Source of the DNA: Clostridia bacterium
Lineage (GTDB): Bacteria > Bacillota > Clostridia > Saccharofermentanales > UBA5734
Reading direction: 5' to 3'
NCBI GenBank assembly: GCA_040776905.1
Contig: JAXGZQ010000001.1
Location: forward strand, 1,564,400-1,628,399
DNA: 64,000 nucleotides
This document shows, one piece after another, positions 9,578 to 18,304 of this stretch. A model generated the notes under the pieces. The model searched no databases. It saw only the letters and a list, made by a program, of their open reading frames with translations, and was not told the origin of the DNA. The translations under genes were made by a program, and so were the position numbers. Position 1 is the first letter of the stretch; each line of letters opens with the position of its first letter.

Positions 9578-10954
9578 TCAGCCAACGGTCGGTTTCGCCC
9601 AGGGCAGGGTGGCGAGAAAGGTTTCGAGAAGTCCGCAGTCATCCAGCAGCTTAAACAGGCTGTAGCGTGAACGGTAATCCTTGCCCATACTTAGTGAGAC
9701 ACTGACTTGATCAGGTTCGATCTGCAGGTCCTGCGGCAGCCGCGGGGCCTGCAGTTTTTTCTGTACATTGATGATGGTCTCATAGGGTGGCAGATCAGCG
9801 ATGATGTCACGCAATCGGGGCCACCGTTCTCTGGCCCGGTCAATCCGCCGACGCTGTTCGTCCGGAGTGAGAAAATCATCCGGGTTTTCCGCGATGATCA
9901 TGCGTCCGGCTTCCTCGCCATAGGCCGCCATGATCTGCCAGGCTCTCTGTTCATGGCTGATCCTTTGCGCCAGGACGGCGTCCGGGTCGACGAAATTGAG
10001 TTGATTATCGGCGGCAAACAACGTATAAACCGGCCAGATCATCAAGGTTGACAAGCCGACGGCCAGCCCGTGCGGCGGTTGGCGGCGGCCGCGCGCCAGC
10101 TGCATCATATCCCAGAGATGGACGATATTATGTTCAACGGAAGCGACTGCCCGGGTATGGCCGATGATCATGATGGTCAGACCTGCCAGCAGCAGCGCTT
10201 CGGTCAGCAGACGGATACCGGCTTCGCTGCGGCTGATGATGGCATCGATATGCTCAGTGACGCGGTCGACCGCGGCAATGACCATCTCGGCACACAAAGG
10301 GCAGAATGCTTCGTCATTAATCTCCTGCCCGATGCGCCAGTCTGTGATCGCGATGTATTTGCCGAGGACATCACCAACACCTCCGGCAATCATTTCCATC
10401 GGGGCCTGGCGCAGGATATCGAGATCACAGAGAATCAGATCCGGACTGTGGGCCTGGCGGTGTATTTTGCTGCCACGCAGAAGCAGCGGCGCGACCACCG
10501 AGGTATAGCCGTCCATGGACGGGGCCGTCGCGACGGCAGCAAATGGTTTGCCGGTCCGCATCGCGGCGATTCGTGTGGTATCCGTCAGTGAACCTGATCC
10601 GACGCTGATCAGGAAATCCGTTGTGTCTGTCATGGTCAGCAGCACTTCGCCACAGGCCGTTTCATCCGGCAGCATCTCGCCGTCACGCCTGATCAGGCAG
10701 ACATCCACCTTGAAACCACGCTGGCGGAGCTGTTCACAGACTTCGCGCCCAGCCAGCGGCCAGGTCTTGTCATCCGCGACCAGCACCGCCTGTGTTCCCG
10801 GCAGATAGCGGCTGATCAGTTCACCCGCCCGGGCCAGCAGGCCACGGCCGACATGAATCGGACGGTCCGGCATCTGATGGGTCAGACCACAATCGCACGC
10901 GATCCCATCGAGCAGCAGACGCTGATTGTCATCATAGCTGAGCGTAACGGACAT
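9578..10954 (-). CDS. iron-containing alcohol dehydrogenase family protein, sn-glycerol-1-phosphate dehydrogenase (AraM/EgsA)-like
   Basis: Carries the family motif FLISVGSGSLTDTTR, GGVGDVLGK, and a His-rich metal region HTRAVASVEHNIVHLWD. Start moved to ATG 10954 (AAGGAGGG 5 nt upstream) from the ORF-track 11017. Confidence 0.65.
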   Translation of the reverse strand: MSVTLSYDDNQRLLLDGIACDCGLTHQMPDRPIHVGRGLLARAGELISRYLPGTQAVLVADDKTWPLAGREVCEQLRQRGFKVDVCLIRRDGEMLPDETACGEVLLTMTDTTDFLISVGSGSLTDTTRIAAMRTGKPFAAVATAPSMDGYTSVVAPLLLRGSKIHRQAHSPDLILCDLDILRQAPMEMIAGGVGDVLGKYIAITDWRIGQEINDEAFCPLCAEMVIAAVDRVTEHIDAIISRSEAGIRLLTEALLLAGLTIMIIGHTRAVASVEHNIVHLWDMMQLARGRRQPPHGLAVGLSTLMIWPVYTLFAADNQLNFVDPDAVLAQRISHEQRAWQIMAAYGEEAGRMIIAENPDDFLTPDEQRRRIDRARERWPRLRDIIADLPPYETIINVQKKLQAPRLPQDLQIEPDQVSVSLSMGKDYRSRYSLFKLLDDCGLLETFLATLPWAKPTVG

Positions 10955-11106
10955 AAAGCCCTCCTTCATCATGGCCCGGAAGATCCGTTGACAGGCCTTG
11001 CCTCCGGCTGTCTTCATTGTCAGAAACAGCCGACAGCGTTATTATATCATCGTCAGGCTCCGGCCGGCGGATCCCCGTTACTTGATATGATGATGACGGA
11101 GGCACC

Positions 11107-11664
11107 ATGAGAACTGTCTACTACACAGACCGGCTGATACTGCGTGTTCTCAAAGGCCGCGACGCGAAGCTGGTATGTGATTACTATCAACGCAACGAAG
11201 CTTTTCTGCGCGAATGGGAGCCACAGCGGGACGCTGATTTTTTTACCAGACGCGGACAACGGCGTGATCTCGCAGCGGAATACCGCATGATCCGGCGCGA
11301 GCAGATGCTGAAACTCTGGCTGTTCAAGCGTGAGGATCCGGAACGGGTCATTGGCATGATCTCATTCACCAATCTGCTGTACGGGGATTTCTGTTCCTGT
11401 TTTCTCGGCTATAAGCTGGACCAGGCGGAAATCAACCGCGGTTATATGACCGAAGCGCTGGAGTACGGGATTGAACTGATGTTCCGGCAGTACGGACTGC
11501 ATCGGATCGAGGCGAATATCATGCCGCATAATGTCCGTTCACTGCGTGTTGTTGAAAAACTGGGATTCAAGCAGGAAGGACTGGCCCGCCGCTACCTCAA
11601 GATCAACGGGCAGTGGCGCGACCACATTCATATGACGCTGCTCAACCAGCAGATGGAAGCGTAA
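11107..11664 (+). CDS. GNAT family N-acetyltransferase (RimJ/RimL-like)
   Basis: 185 aa. N-terminus TDRLILRVLKGRDA..., GNAT core GYMTEALEYGIELMFRQYGLHRIEANIMPHNVRSLRVVEKLGF. GGAGG lies upstream of the ATG. Confidence 0.85.
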   Translation: MRTVYYTDRLILRVLKGRDAKLVCDYYQRNEAFLREWEPQRDADFFTRRGQRRDLAAEYRMIRREQMLKLWLFKREDPERVIGMISFTNLLYGDFCSCFLGYKLDQAEINRGYMTEALEYGIELMFRQYGLHRIEANIMPHNVRSLRVVEKLGFKQEGLARRYLKINGQWRDHIHMTLLNQQMEA

Positions 11665-12555
11665 AGCCGCGGGACGGCCGTCCGGATATTCCGCGCTCAG
11701 CCGGAACTGTTCCCCGTCACTGACAGCCTGAATGGTTCCCTGCAGATCAGTCCGCCAGATGTCAATGCCACGCTGGTTCAGCCGGTCGATCACCGTCGCG
11801 ACCGGGTGGCCGTAGCGGTTGCCTGCGGCAACGGAAATGACCGCCGTCTCCGGGCGTACCCGATCGAGCCATTCATCAGATGTTGAGGTCGCGCTGCCGT
11901 GATGGGCGACTTTTAGAAGATCGGCCCTGATCTCTGCCTGGCGCTCCATGACGCTCTCTTCAGCAGGGAATCCCGCGTCGCCGGCTGAGAGAAACGCTGT
12001 CCGGCCAAAAGTGATCCGGCTGATGACGCAGCTGTTGTTCAAATCATCGGGGTCAGTTTCTTCTGGTCCAAGGATCTCCAGACGGGCCTGGCCCAGCTGA
12101 TAGCGCAGACCAGGTCTGGCCGCGATGATGCGCAGCTGGTGTTTCCGGATGGTGAGGAGCAACTCTTCATAAAGGGCTGTCGTATGGCTGACACGGGGCA
12201 TGATAATCTGATCAACCGGAAATTCCTCCATGACCGCGGCCAGCCCGCCGATATGATCAGCATGCGGATGGGTCGCGATAATCGCGTCGAGATGATCAAT
12301 TCGCAGCTGTTTAAGGGTGCTTATAATCAGCGGGCCCTGTCCGATGTCGCCGCCGTCAATGAGCAAAGCGTGCTTCCCCTGCGTGACCAGTGTGGCATCG
12401 CCCTGGCCGACATCGATGAAGGTGACAGTCAGCGTGCCCTGAACCGAGTGGGCGTCACTGACCCGCCAGTCCGCTGAACTGCCGGAAGTGAGCAGAAACA
12501 GGCTGAACATGATCAGCAGGAGCAGTCGATGCTTTTTGCGCCGACGCTGATTCAT
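11539..12555 (-). CDS. secreted MBL-fold metallo-hydrolase, ComEC C-terminal-domain-like
   Basis: N-terminal signal/anchor MNQRRRKKHRLLLLIMFSLFLLTSGSSA, the MBL motif IIATHPHADHIGGL, and VAHHGS. The last ~42 codons run antisense through the 3' end of the GNAT gene. Confidence 0.8.
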   Translation of the reverse strand: MNQRRRKKHRLLLLIMFSLFLLTSGSSADWRVSDAHSVQGTLTVTFIDVGQGDATLVTQGKHALLIDGGDIGQGPLIISTLKQLRIDHLDAIIATHPHADHIGGLAAVMEEFPVDQIIMPRVSHTTALYEELLLTIRKHQLRIIAARPGLRYQLGQARLEILGPEETDPDDLNNSCVISRITFGRTAFLSAGDAGFPAEESVMERQAEIRADLLKVAHHGSATSTSDEWLDRVRPETAVISVAAGNRYGHPVATVIDRLNQRGIDIWRTDLQGTIQAVSDGEQFRLSAEYPDGRPAALRFHLLVEQRHMNVVAPLPVDLEVAAGQSFLLESQFFNNTQ

Positions 12556-12785
12556 TCGAACAGCTCATCCATGAGCTGGCTGATTCGCTGTCGTGCCGAC
12601 TCGGTGCCCTGTTCATCAATCTGCCAGCATCCATTCTGATCGATCAGGAGCCAGTCGCCCGGACGGGCCTCGTCCGGCAGTTGAGACCGGAGCAGCCGCA
12701 GCATGGCGTGGTCGGGAAGCTCGATCAGAGCGAAATTACCGTCAAAGCGATCGATACAGCCCCGGATATAGCCTGAATGGTTCAT
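12552..12785 (-). CDS. DUF3006 domain-containing protein
   Basis: MNHSGYIRGCIDRFDGNFALIELPDHAMLRLLRSQLPDEARPGDWLLID... matches the DUF3006 pattern as I recall it, which commonly precedes ComEC-like MBL genes. Start set at ATG 12785 (AGGAGAA upstream). Has a 4-nt overlap with the MBL gene. Confidence 0.7.
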   Translation of the reverse strand: MNHSGYIRGCIDRFDGNFALIELPDHAMLRLLRSQLPDEARPGDWLLIDQNGCWQIDEQGTESARQRISQLMDELFE

Positions 12786-12925
12786 GTGTTTTCTCCTGCC
12801 TGTCATCGTCTGCGCTTATTATACCTGAACCGGACATCTGTGCCGACCAGATCGCCTGTGTCATGAACGGTTATTATGATAGAATAATGACCATCAGATC
12901 GGCTTTGCCGGAGGGGGGTTGGCCT

Positions 12926-13540
12926 GTGCTCGTTATTGATGGCGCTGACATGAATCAGAAAATTGATCTGTTCGATGTCTCTTCCGGCAGTCTGCTGGCC
13001 AATCCCAGTGCCATGAGACTGATTTTTTCCCTTGATGGTCTGGATATTGTGGTCGCCCTGAGTGCCGTAGAACCCGTCCGCTCTGACTCTGAACCGGTCC
13101 AGTCGGACCGGGCCGATCGGAAGCGGACACTTGAAGTCTATCTGATCGGGGATTCGGACGATTTTCTGGCCAGTGAAGTACGCTGTGCCCTGGTCTGTGA
13201 TTATCGCTTTGATTCACGGGACTGTTTGAAGGAAAGCCGTCATCTGCTGGCACAGGCGGAATTCTGGAACCGGTCGACGCTGAACCGGCCGGGTCGGGTT
13301 TTACAGACGATCCGCCATATCATGAAGGCGATTCTGATGCTTTCCGAACTGAGTCTGGATCAGCAGCTGGCCAGCCATTACGAAATCGAAGTGCAGGATG
13401 ACCAGGGGTACTGGCAGGAAGAATTTGAGATCTGGGATCTGCTGGCCTGGGCTGAAAACGAGGACGCCGCCTTCGAGGCTGTCTTCGAAGATGACGACGC
13501 AGAGGCATTGGCTGTCGATGATGAGGAGGGTTTGGACTGA
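12926..13540 (+). CDS. hypothetical protein with strongly acidic C-terminus
   Basis: The ORF-track frame 12593..13540 has an implausible N-terminus that overlaps DUF3006 on the opposite strand. An in-frame GTG at 12926 follows GAGGGGGG (12911-12918). ATG 12863, 12887 and 12962 are alternative starts. I recognise no family motif. The C-terminus reads EDDDAEALAVDDEEGLD. Confidence 0.5.
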   Translation: MLVIDGADMNQKIDLFDVSSGSLLANPSAMRLIFSLDGLDIVVALSAVEPVRSDSEPVQSDRADRKRTLEVYLIGDSDDFLASEVRCALVCDYRFDSRDCLKESRHLLAQAEFWNRSTLNRPGRVLQTIRHIMKAILMLSELSLDQQLASHYEIEVQDDQGYWQEEFEIWDLLAWAENEDAAFEAVFEDDDAEALAVDDEEGLD

Positions 13541-13649
13541 TGGCCGTGCCTGCCTTGCATTTTGATTCAGACGGGAAGACAATATAGACAGGAACAAGCC
13601 GCGCCTGTGTATCAAATCAACTTCAATCAATCAAGCGGAGGGTCGTATT

Positions 13650-13982
13650 ATGGATACACAATCAGGTTCGTCAAATCAGCGGCCGCTGATGAAACTTGTT
13701 TTTTGGCTTGGACTTGCCAGTGTGATCATTGTTTTACTGGGTGTCATCGCCGGATGGTTGATTCCAGCGATTGGAATGGCTGATTTCTTGCCACTGGCGA
13801 TGTTGTCCGGGCTGGCCAGCGTCGTGATCTGGCTATCCATGCGAAGTCGCAGCCGGACCGCGAGCCCTCAGGATCAACGGATGGGGAGGGCAGGTTTTAT
13901 CCTTGGCTGTTGCGGCCTGGGAATCGCGATTCTCATACGTCTGCTGGTCTTTGTCTTTTTCCTGCCCTGGCTGAACCGATAA
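13650..13982 (+). CDS. small integral membrane protein (about three TM helices)
   Basis: 110 aa with GGAGGG 7 nt upstream. Hydrophobic segments are LVFWLGLASVIIVLLGVIAGWLI, FLPLAMLSGLASVVIWL and FILGCCGLGIAILIRLLVFVFFL. Confidence 0.6.
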   Translation: MDTQSGSSNQRPLMKLVFWLGLASVIIVLLGVIAGWLIPAIGMADFLPLAMLSGLASVVIWLSMRSRSRTASPQDQRMGRAGFILGCCGLGIAILIRLLVFVFFLPWLNR

Positions 13983-14064
13983 TTGAAATGATGACGCTCT
14001 CCAGTCGTCTTTCGTGATCGCGGAGCCGCTGGAGAACCGATGAGAAAACCAACAGGAGCTATTT

Positions 14065-14943
14065 ATGCGATTGACATTTCTCGGCACGGGTGCCGGTGAG
14101 GGATACCCCGGACGCTGGTGCGACTGCCATCACTGCCGCTATGCCCGCCAGCACGGCGGCAAGAACATCCGAATGAACAGCTGTGCCATGATCGACGACG
14201 ATCTGCTGCTTGACCTGAACGGTGAGTGTTTCGCCACCGCCGCTTGGAAGTCGATTGATCTTCTGCAGGCGCGCTATCTGCTGGTCACGCATGCGCATGA
14301 AGACCATTTCGTTCCGCAGCATCTGATCTGGCGCCGAATGCCGGAAGGCGCGGATCGTCTTACACCAGATGCCATGCGGCCGATCGCCGCCCCGCGCTTT
14401 ACCCCGCTGCCGCATCTGACGGTGATCGGCAATCACTATGTTGAGGCCGCTCTGCGGGCCAGGATCCCGGCTGATCAGGAAGCGGACGGCTATGCAATGT
14501 CCTTCCAGACAGCGCAGGCCGGTGTCCCGCTGGAATATCCCGGTCTTCGGATCATGCCGGTTCAGTCACGCCACGGGTCCAGTGACGATTTTGCTTTGAA
14601 CTATATCATCGAGCGCGGGGGAAAAACCATTCTGTATGCCCTGGATACCGGCGGCTATACGGATGCCATGATCGATATCCTGCGCCGGTTCCGTTATGAT
14701 CTGATCGTGATGGAAGGGACGCGTGGTGATGTTGACGCGGATCCGGGCGGTCATATGAACATGAAGAAAAATCTGGCGATGGCCAAGTTTTTCCGCAGCG
14801 AGCATTTGCTTGTGCCGGGGGGGCGTTTCATTCTCTCCCATCTGTCGCCGCACTGGACCCCGCCACATGACAAATATGAGCCCATGATGCGTGAACATCA
14901 GATCGATGTCGCGTATGACGGTCTGCAGATCACCGTTAACTGA
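14065..14943 (+). CDS. MBL-fold metallo-hydrolase (PhnP/ElaC-like)
   Basis: LTFLGTGAGEGYPGRWCDCHHCRYAR (Cys-rich N-terminal motif as in PhnP-type enzymes) and the MBL signature LLVTHAHEDHF. AGGAG lies upstream. Confidence 0.8.
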   Translation: MRLTFLGTGAGEGYPGRWCDCHHCRYARQHGGKNIRMNSCAMIDDDLLLDLNGECFATAAWKSIDLLQARYLLVTHAHEDHFVPQHLIWRRMPEGADRLTPDAMRPIAAPRFTPLPHLTVIGNHYVEAALRARIPADQEADGYAMSFQTAQAGVPLEYPGLRIMPVQSRHGSSDDFALNYIIERGGKTILYALDTGGYTDAMIDILRRFRYDLIVMEGTRGDVDADPGGHMNMKKNLAMAKFFRSEHLLVPGGRFILSHLSPHWTPPHDKYEPMMREHQIDVAYDGLQITVN

Positions 14944-14978
14944 TGGTATAAACCGCCAATAACGCAGGAGGAGTTCAG

Positions 14979-16331
14979 ATGAGCCGAACAGACAGAAAAC
15001 CCAATGTGATCGTGTTTTTCACAGATCAACAGCGCTGGGATACGACCGGTGTCCATGGCAATCCGCTCGGACTGACGCCGAATTTTGATCGCCTGGCGAC
15101 ACAGGGGACCCATCTTTTCCATTCGTTTACCTGCCAGCCGGTCTGCGGTCCGGCCCGGGCCTGTCTGCAGACCGGATTGTATCCGACTCAGATCGGCTGC
15201 TGGCGGAATGACCGTCCGCTGCCGCGTGATCAGCGGACATTGGCGCATCATTTCCGCGATGGCGGTTACAGGACAGGGTATATCGGCAAGTGGCATCTGG
15301 CTGACCGTGATCCGGTTCCGGCTGACCAGCGCGGTGGCTATGAGGACTGGCTGGGAGCCAATCTGCTGGAGATGACATCCGATGCCTATGACACCGTCGT
15401 CTATGATCAGGATGAAAACGAAGTCAAACTGCCGGGTTATCGCGCTGACGCCCTGACTGACGCGGCGATCCGCTATATCGATCAGCATCAGGCTGATCCG
15501 TTTTTTATGTTTCTGTCATTTCTTGAACCGCATCATCAAAACCATATTGATGACTATCCTGCCCCGGACGGCTATCGTGACCGCTACACCGGCCGCTGGA
15601 CCCCTCCGGATCTCGCGGCGCTGGGCGGATCGTCGCCACAGCATCTCGGCGGTTATTATGGCATGGTCAAGCGGCTGGATGAATGCCTTGGGCGGCTGCA
15701 GGACAGTTTGAAGAGCCTGGGCCTCAACGACAACACCATCATTCTCTATACCGCAGATCATGCCTGCCATTTCAAGACCCGCAATTCGGAGTATAAGCGG
15801 TCCGCTCACGAAAGCTCGATCAGGGTGCCGACGGCGCTCTGCGGTCCCGGCTTTACTGGCGGCGGACAGATCCGCCAGCTTGTCTCGCTCATTGATCTTC
15901 CGCCGACCCTGCTTGACGCGGCGGGTCTTCCCATTCCCGAGTCCATGCAGGGACATTCCATTCTTCCTCTGCTTCATGGACAGACATCGGACTGGCAGGA
16001 TGATGTGTTTGTTCAGATCAGTGAGTCGCAGGTCGGACGTGCCGTCCGGACATCCCGCTGGAAGTACGCGGTGACCGCGCCGGATCGTGACGGCTGGAAT
16101 GACGCAGATGCCGCCTGCTATACAGAGGATCTGCTCTATGATCTGATTGCAGATCCTTATGAACTGAACAATCTGATCGAACGTGAATCACATCGCGAAG
16201 TAGCGGAACGGATGCGTGAGCGCTTGCTGCGGCGGATGCGCCAGGCAGGTGAGATGGAACCTGAAATCAAAAAATCGGTTCGCGGCGGCCAGGCCGCCAA
16301 CCGGCTGACCCGGCAGGACATCAACAACTGA
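14979..16331 (+). CDS. sulfatase (formylglycine-dependent, Cys-type), no signal peptide
   Basis: PNVIVFFTDQQRWD followed by the sulfatase signature CQPVCGPARACLQTG (C-x-P-x-R). 450 aa. GGAGGAG lies upstream. Confidence 0.9.
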   Translation: MSRTDRKPNVIVFFTDQQRWDTTGVHGNPLGLTPNFDRLATQGTHLFHSFTCQPVCGPARACLQTGLYPTQIGCWRNDRPLPRDQRTLAHHFRDGGYRTGYIGKWHLADRDPVPADQRGGYEDWLGANLLEMTSDAYDTVVYDQDENEVKLPGYRADALTDAAIRYIDQHQADPFFMFLSFLEPHHQNHIDDYPAPDGYRDRYTGRWTPPDLAALGGSSPQHLGGYYGMVKRLDECLGRLQDSLKSLGLNDNTIILYTADHACHFKTRNSEYKRSAHESSIRVPTALCGPGFTGGGQIRQLVSLIDLPPTLLDAAGLPIPESMQGHSILPLLHGQTSDWQDDVFVQISESQVGRAVRTSRWKYAVTAPDRDGWNDADAACYTEDLLYDLIADPYELNNLIERESHREVAERMRERLLRRMRQAGEMEPEIKKSVRGGQAANRLTRQDINN

Positions 16332-16375
16332 AGCCGGGTGCTGCCTGCGTCCGGGAGTCAACTGAAGGAGATACG

Positions 16376-17083
16376 ATGAAAAACATGAAACCGAAAACGG
16401 TTCTGGTTACCGGAGCCGCACGTGGACTGGGCCTGGAACTGGTCCGCCATCATTTGCAGCGGGGTGACCATGTCGCGGCCTGGGTGCGTTCGTCCGGTCC
16501 GGCACTTGAAGCACTCCGTTCAGCATCGCCTCAGCTTCTTGTCATGCAGGCTGATATCAGCCGGACCGTGCAGGTTCGACAGGCCGCTGACACATTGAAG
16601 CAGCACTGGCAGCAGTTGGACATCCTCTACAACAACGCGGGAATCTATCGTGCGGCGGATCTGGCGGATCTGGCTGAAACAGATCTTGACCAGCTGAGCT
16701 CCATGTATGAGATCAACGCGGTCGGAGCCTTGCGTGTGGCCCAGCAGATGCTGCCCCTGCTGCATGACGATTCAGTCATTCTGAATGTTTCATCCGAAGC
16801 CGGCAGCCTGGGACAGTGCTGGCGCAAATCCGAATACGCCTACGCGATGTCAAAAGCGGCTTTGAATATGGGCTCGCTGATTCTCAGCCGCGCAGTCAAG
16901 GAGCAGGGGATTCGTGTATTCGTGGTCCATCCCGGCTACCTGAAAACGGAGATGGGCGGACCGGGAGCGACCGATGACACGGCTGAACGGGCGGCCTGCC
17001 TCGCGCAGATCACACTGAATCCGCAGAAGATTCCCGCTGATCGGATTTATATCGATCATCTGGGGCAGCCGCTGCCCTGGTAA
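16376..17083 (+). CDS. SDR family oxidoreductase
   Basis: VLVTGAARGLGLEL Rossmann motif, NNAGI, SSEAGS, and YAYAMSKAAL (YxxxK). Paralogous to the SDR at 31063..31773. Confidence 0.85.
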   Translation: MKNMKPKTVLVTGAARGLGLELVRHHLQRGDHVAAWVRSSGPALEALRSASPQLLVMQADISRTVQVRQAADTLKQHWQQLDILYNNAGIYRAADLADLAETDLDQLSSMYEINAVGALRVAQQMLPLLHDDSVILNVSSEAGSLGQCWRKSEYAYAMSKAALNMGSLILSRAVKEQGIRVFVVHPGYLKTEMGGPGATDDTAERAACLAQITLNPQKIPADRIYIDHLGQPLPW

Positions 17084-17124
17084 ACGGGTCTGCCAGGAAC
17101 TGGAGCTAATAAAGAACGGGTGGA

Positions 17125-18069
17125 TCAGCTGTCCGGTGTAGCCGGATAAAGACTGTGATCAAAGGTGTAGTAGTCGAATCCGTGGCGATCCGTATAATAG
17201 GCCGCGAGATCCGCGTCGGTCCGCATGAATCCGTCAAATGGAAACTCGATATTGCGTGGTGTGGCGTCGAAATGGTACCAGCCTTCTCCCAGATTGATCA
17301 AATTCCAGTAGTGATCGGTACTGACGACCCCTTCCAGGCGCTGAATCGGCAGATTTTCGATACCCGCTTCAGTCAGGAGCAGGCGGGATGTGGCGTAATA
17401 GGTAAAGCAATCGCCATAACCGCGGACCAGTCCGTCATAGGCGGCATTGTCTTCGGATGATTTATCCGAATGTCCGATGTATTTAATTGAGTCATGGACA
17501 TAACGATAGATGGCATAGGCCCGGTCGCGAGGCGTCATCGCATCGTCAAGAATTTCATCCAGGACCTGGCGGGCTTCAGCCCGGACCAGCTCAGGATCGA
17601 CCAGAAAGGTCAGAACGGTCACCACTGCCTCGATTTCCGTGGTATTTCCGGCCTGATCAATGGCCCGGTAGATCACAGGATAGGAACCGGGTTCGTTTAT
17701 ATTGACTTGCTGCGGATCCACCGTCAGCTCAACCGCTGCATCACGATTATCTGTCGCTGTCACATGACCCAGATAGGAAATCGGCTTGCCAACTTCTGTG
17801 AGAAGATCCCGGATGCCGTGAATTTCCGGAGGGATAAGGTCAGGGGCCTGCGTTGTCGTTTCTGCCGTTTTCGTTGGATCGGGCTCTGTCGCGGTTGCTT
17901 CACCCGGTTCTGACTGGCTTGCGGCTGGCGAAGTGGTCGTCACCGTCAAAGGTTGAGTCGATTCCGTCAATTGGGTCAGGCCGCTCGTAATATAAATGAT
18001 GAACAGGATGATCAATCCAATCATCAAGAGAGACAGGATCAGCAGCACGATTTGTTTCGTGAGGGCCAT
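17125..18069 (-). CDS. membrane-anchored transglutaminase-like (Cys-His-Asp) protein with an Ig-like domain
   Basis: TM anchor IVLLILSLLMIGLIILFIIYI, a Thr/Pro-rich linker, and an Ig-like module (GSYPVIYRAIDQAGNTTEIEAVVTVL). The transglutaminase core is YGDCFTYY / TDHYWN / WYHFDAT. Start moved from TTG 18090 to ATG 18069 (GGAGGAA upstream). Confidence 0.8.
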   Translation of the reverse strand: MALTKQIVLLILSLLMIGLIILFIIYITSGLTQLTESTQPLTVTTTSPAASQSEPGEATATEPDPTKTAETTTQAPDLIPPEIHGIRDLLTEVGKPISYLGHVTATDNRDAAVELTVDPQQVNINEPGSYPVIYRAIDQAGNTTEIEAVVTVLTFLVDPELVRAEARQVLDEILDDAMTPRDRAYAIYRYVHDSIKYIGHSDKSSEDNAAYDGLVRGYGDCFTYYATSRLLLTEAGIENLPIQRLEGVVSTDHYWNLINLGEGWYHFDATPRNIEFPFDGFMRTDADLAAYYTDRHGFDYYTFDHSLYPATPDS

Positions 18070-18304
18070 ATGGGTCAGTTCCTCCGCCAAGGTGTCAGCA
18101 TGCGGTCAGTCTTTTTGTGAGAAATATCATATCACAGTGTTCAGACTTCTGTCTGCCTGGGGACGAAACCGGATGCTCCGGTCAATATTTGTCATTTAAC
18201 TTTGAATCCGCTATGCTATACCTGATTTGATTTTTTCAGACTGCCGCCGCGGTTTGAACCGATCTTCATTAACAATCGCAACGCTTGAATGACTGAGGTC
18301 CGAG

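Noticed and set aside
9565-9581. Hairpin CTGACA-ggcga-TGTCAG formed by the convergent stop codons of pepF and the AraM-like gene.
   Set aside because: It has only a 6-bp stem and no U-tract on either strand, so it is too weak to call an intrinsic terminator. I note it as a curiosity only.
12593-12925. The N-terminal 111 codons of ORF-track entry 12593..13540.
   Set aside because: This part overlaps the DUF3006 gene on the other strand, has Arg/Ser/Pro-rich junk-like composition, and lacks an SD. A GTG with a strong GAGGGGGG SD at 12926 (or ATG 12863/12887/12962) is more plausible.
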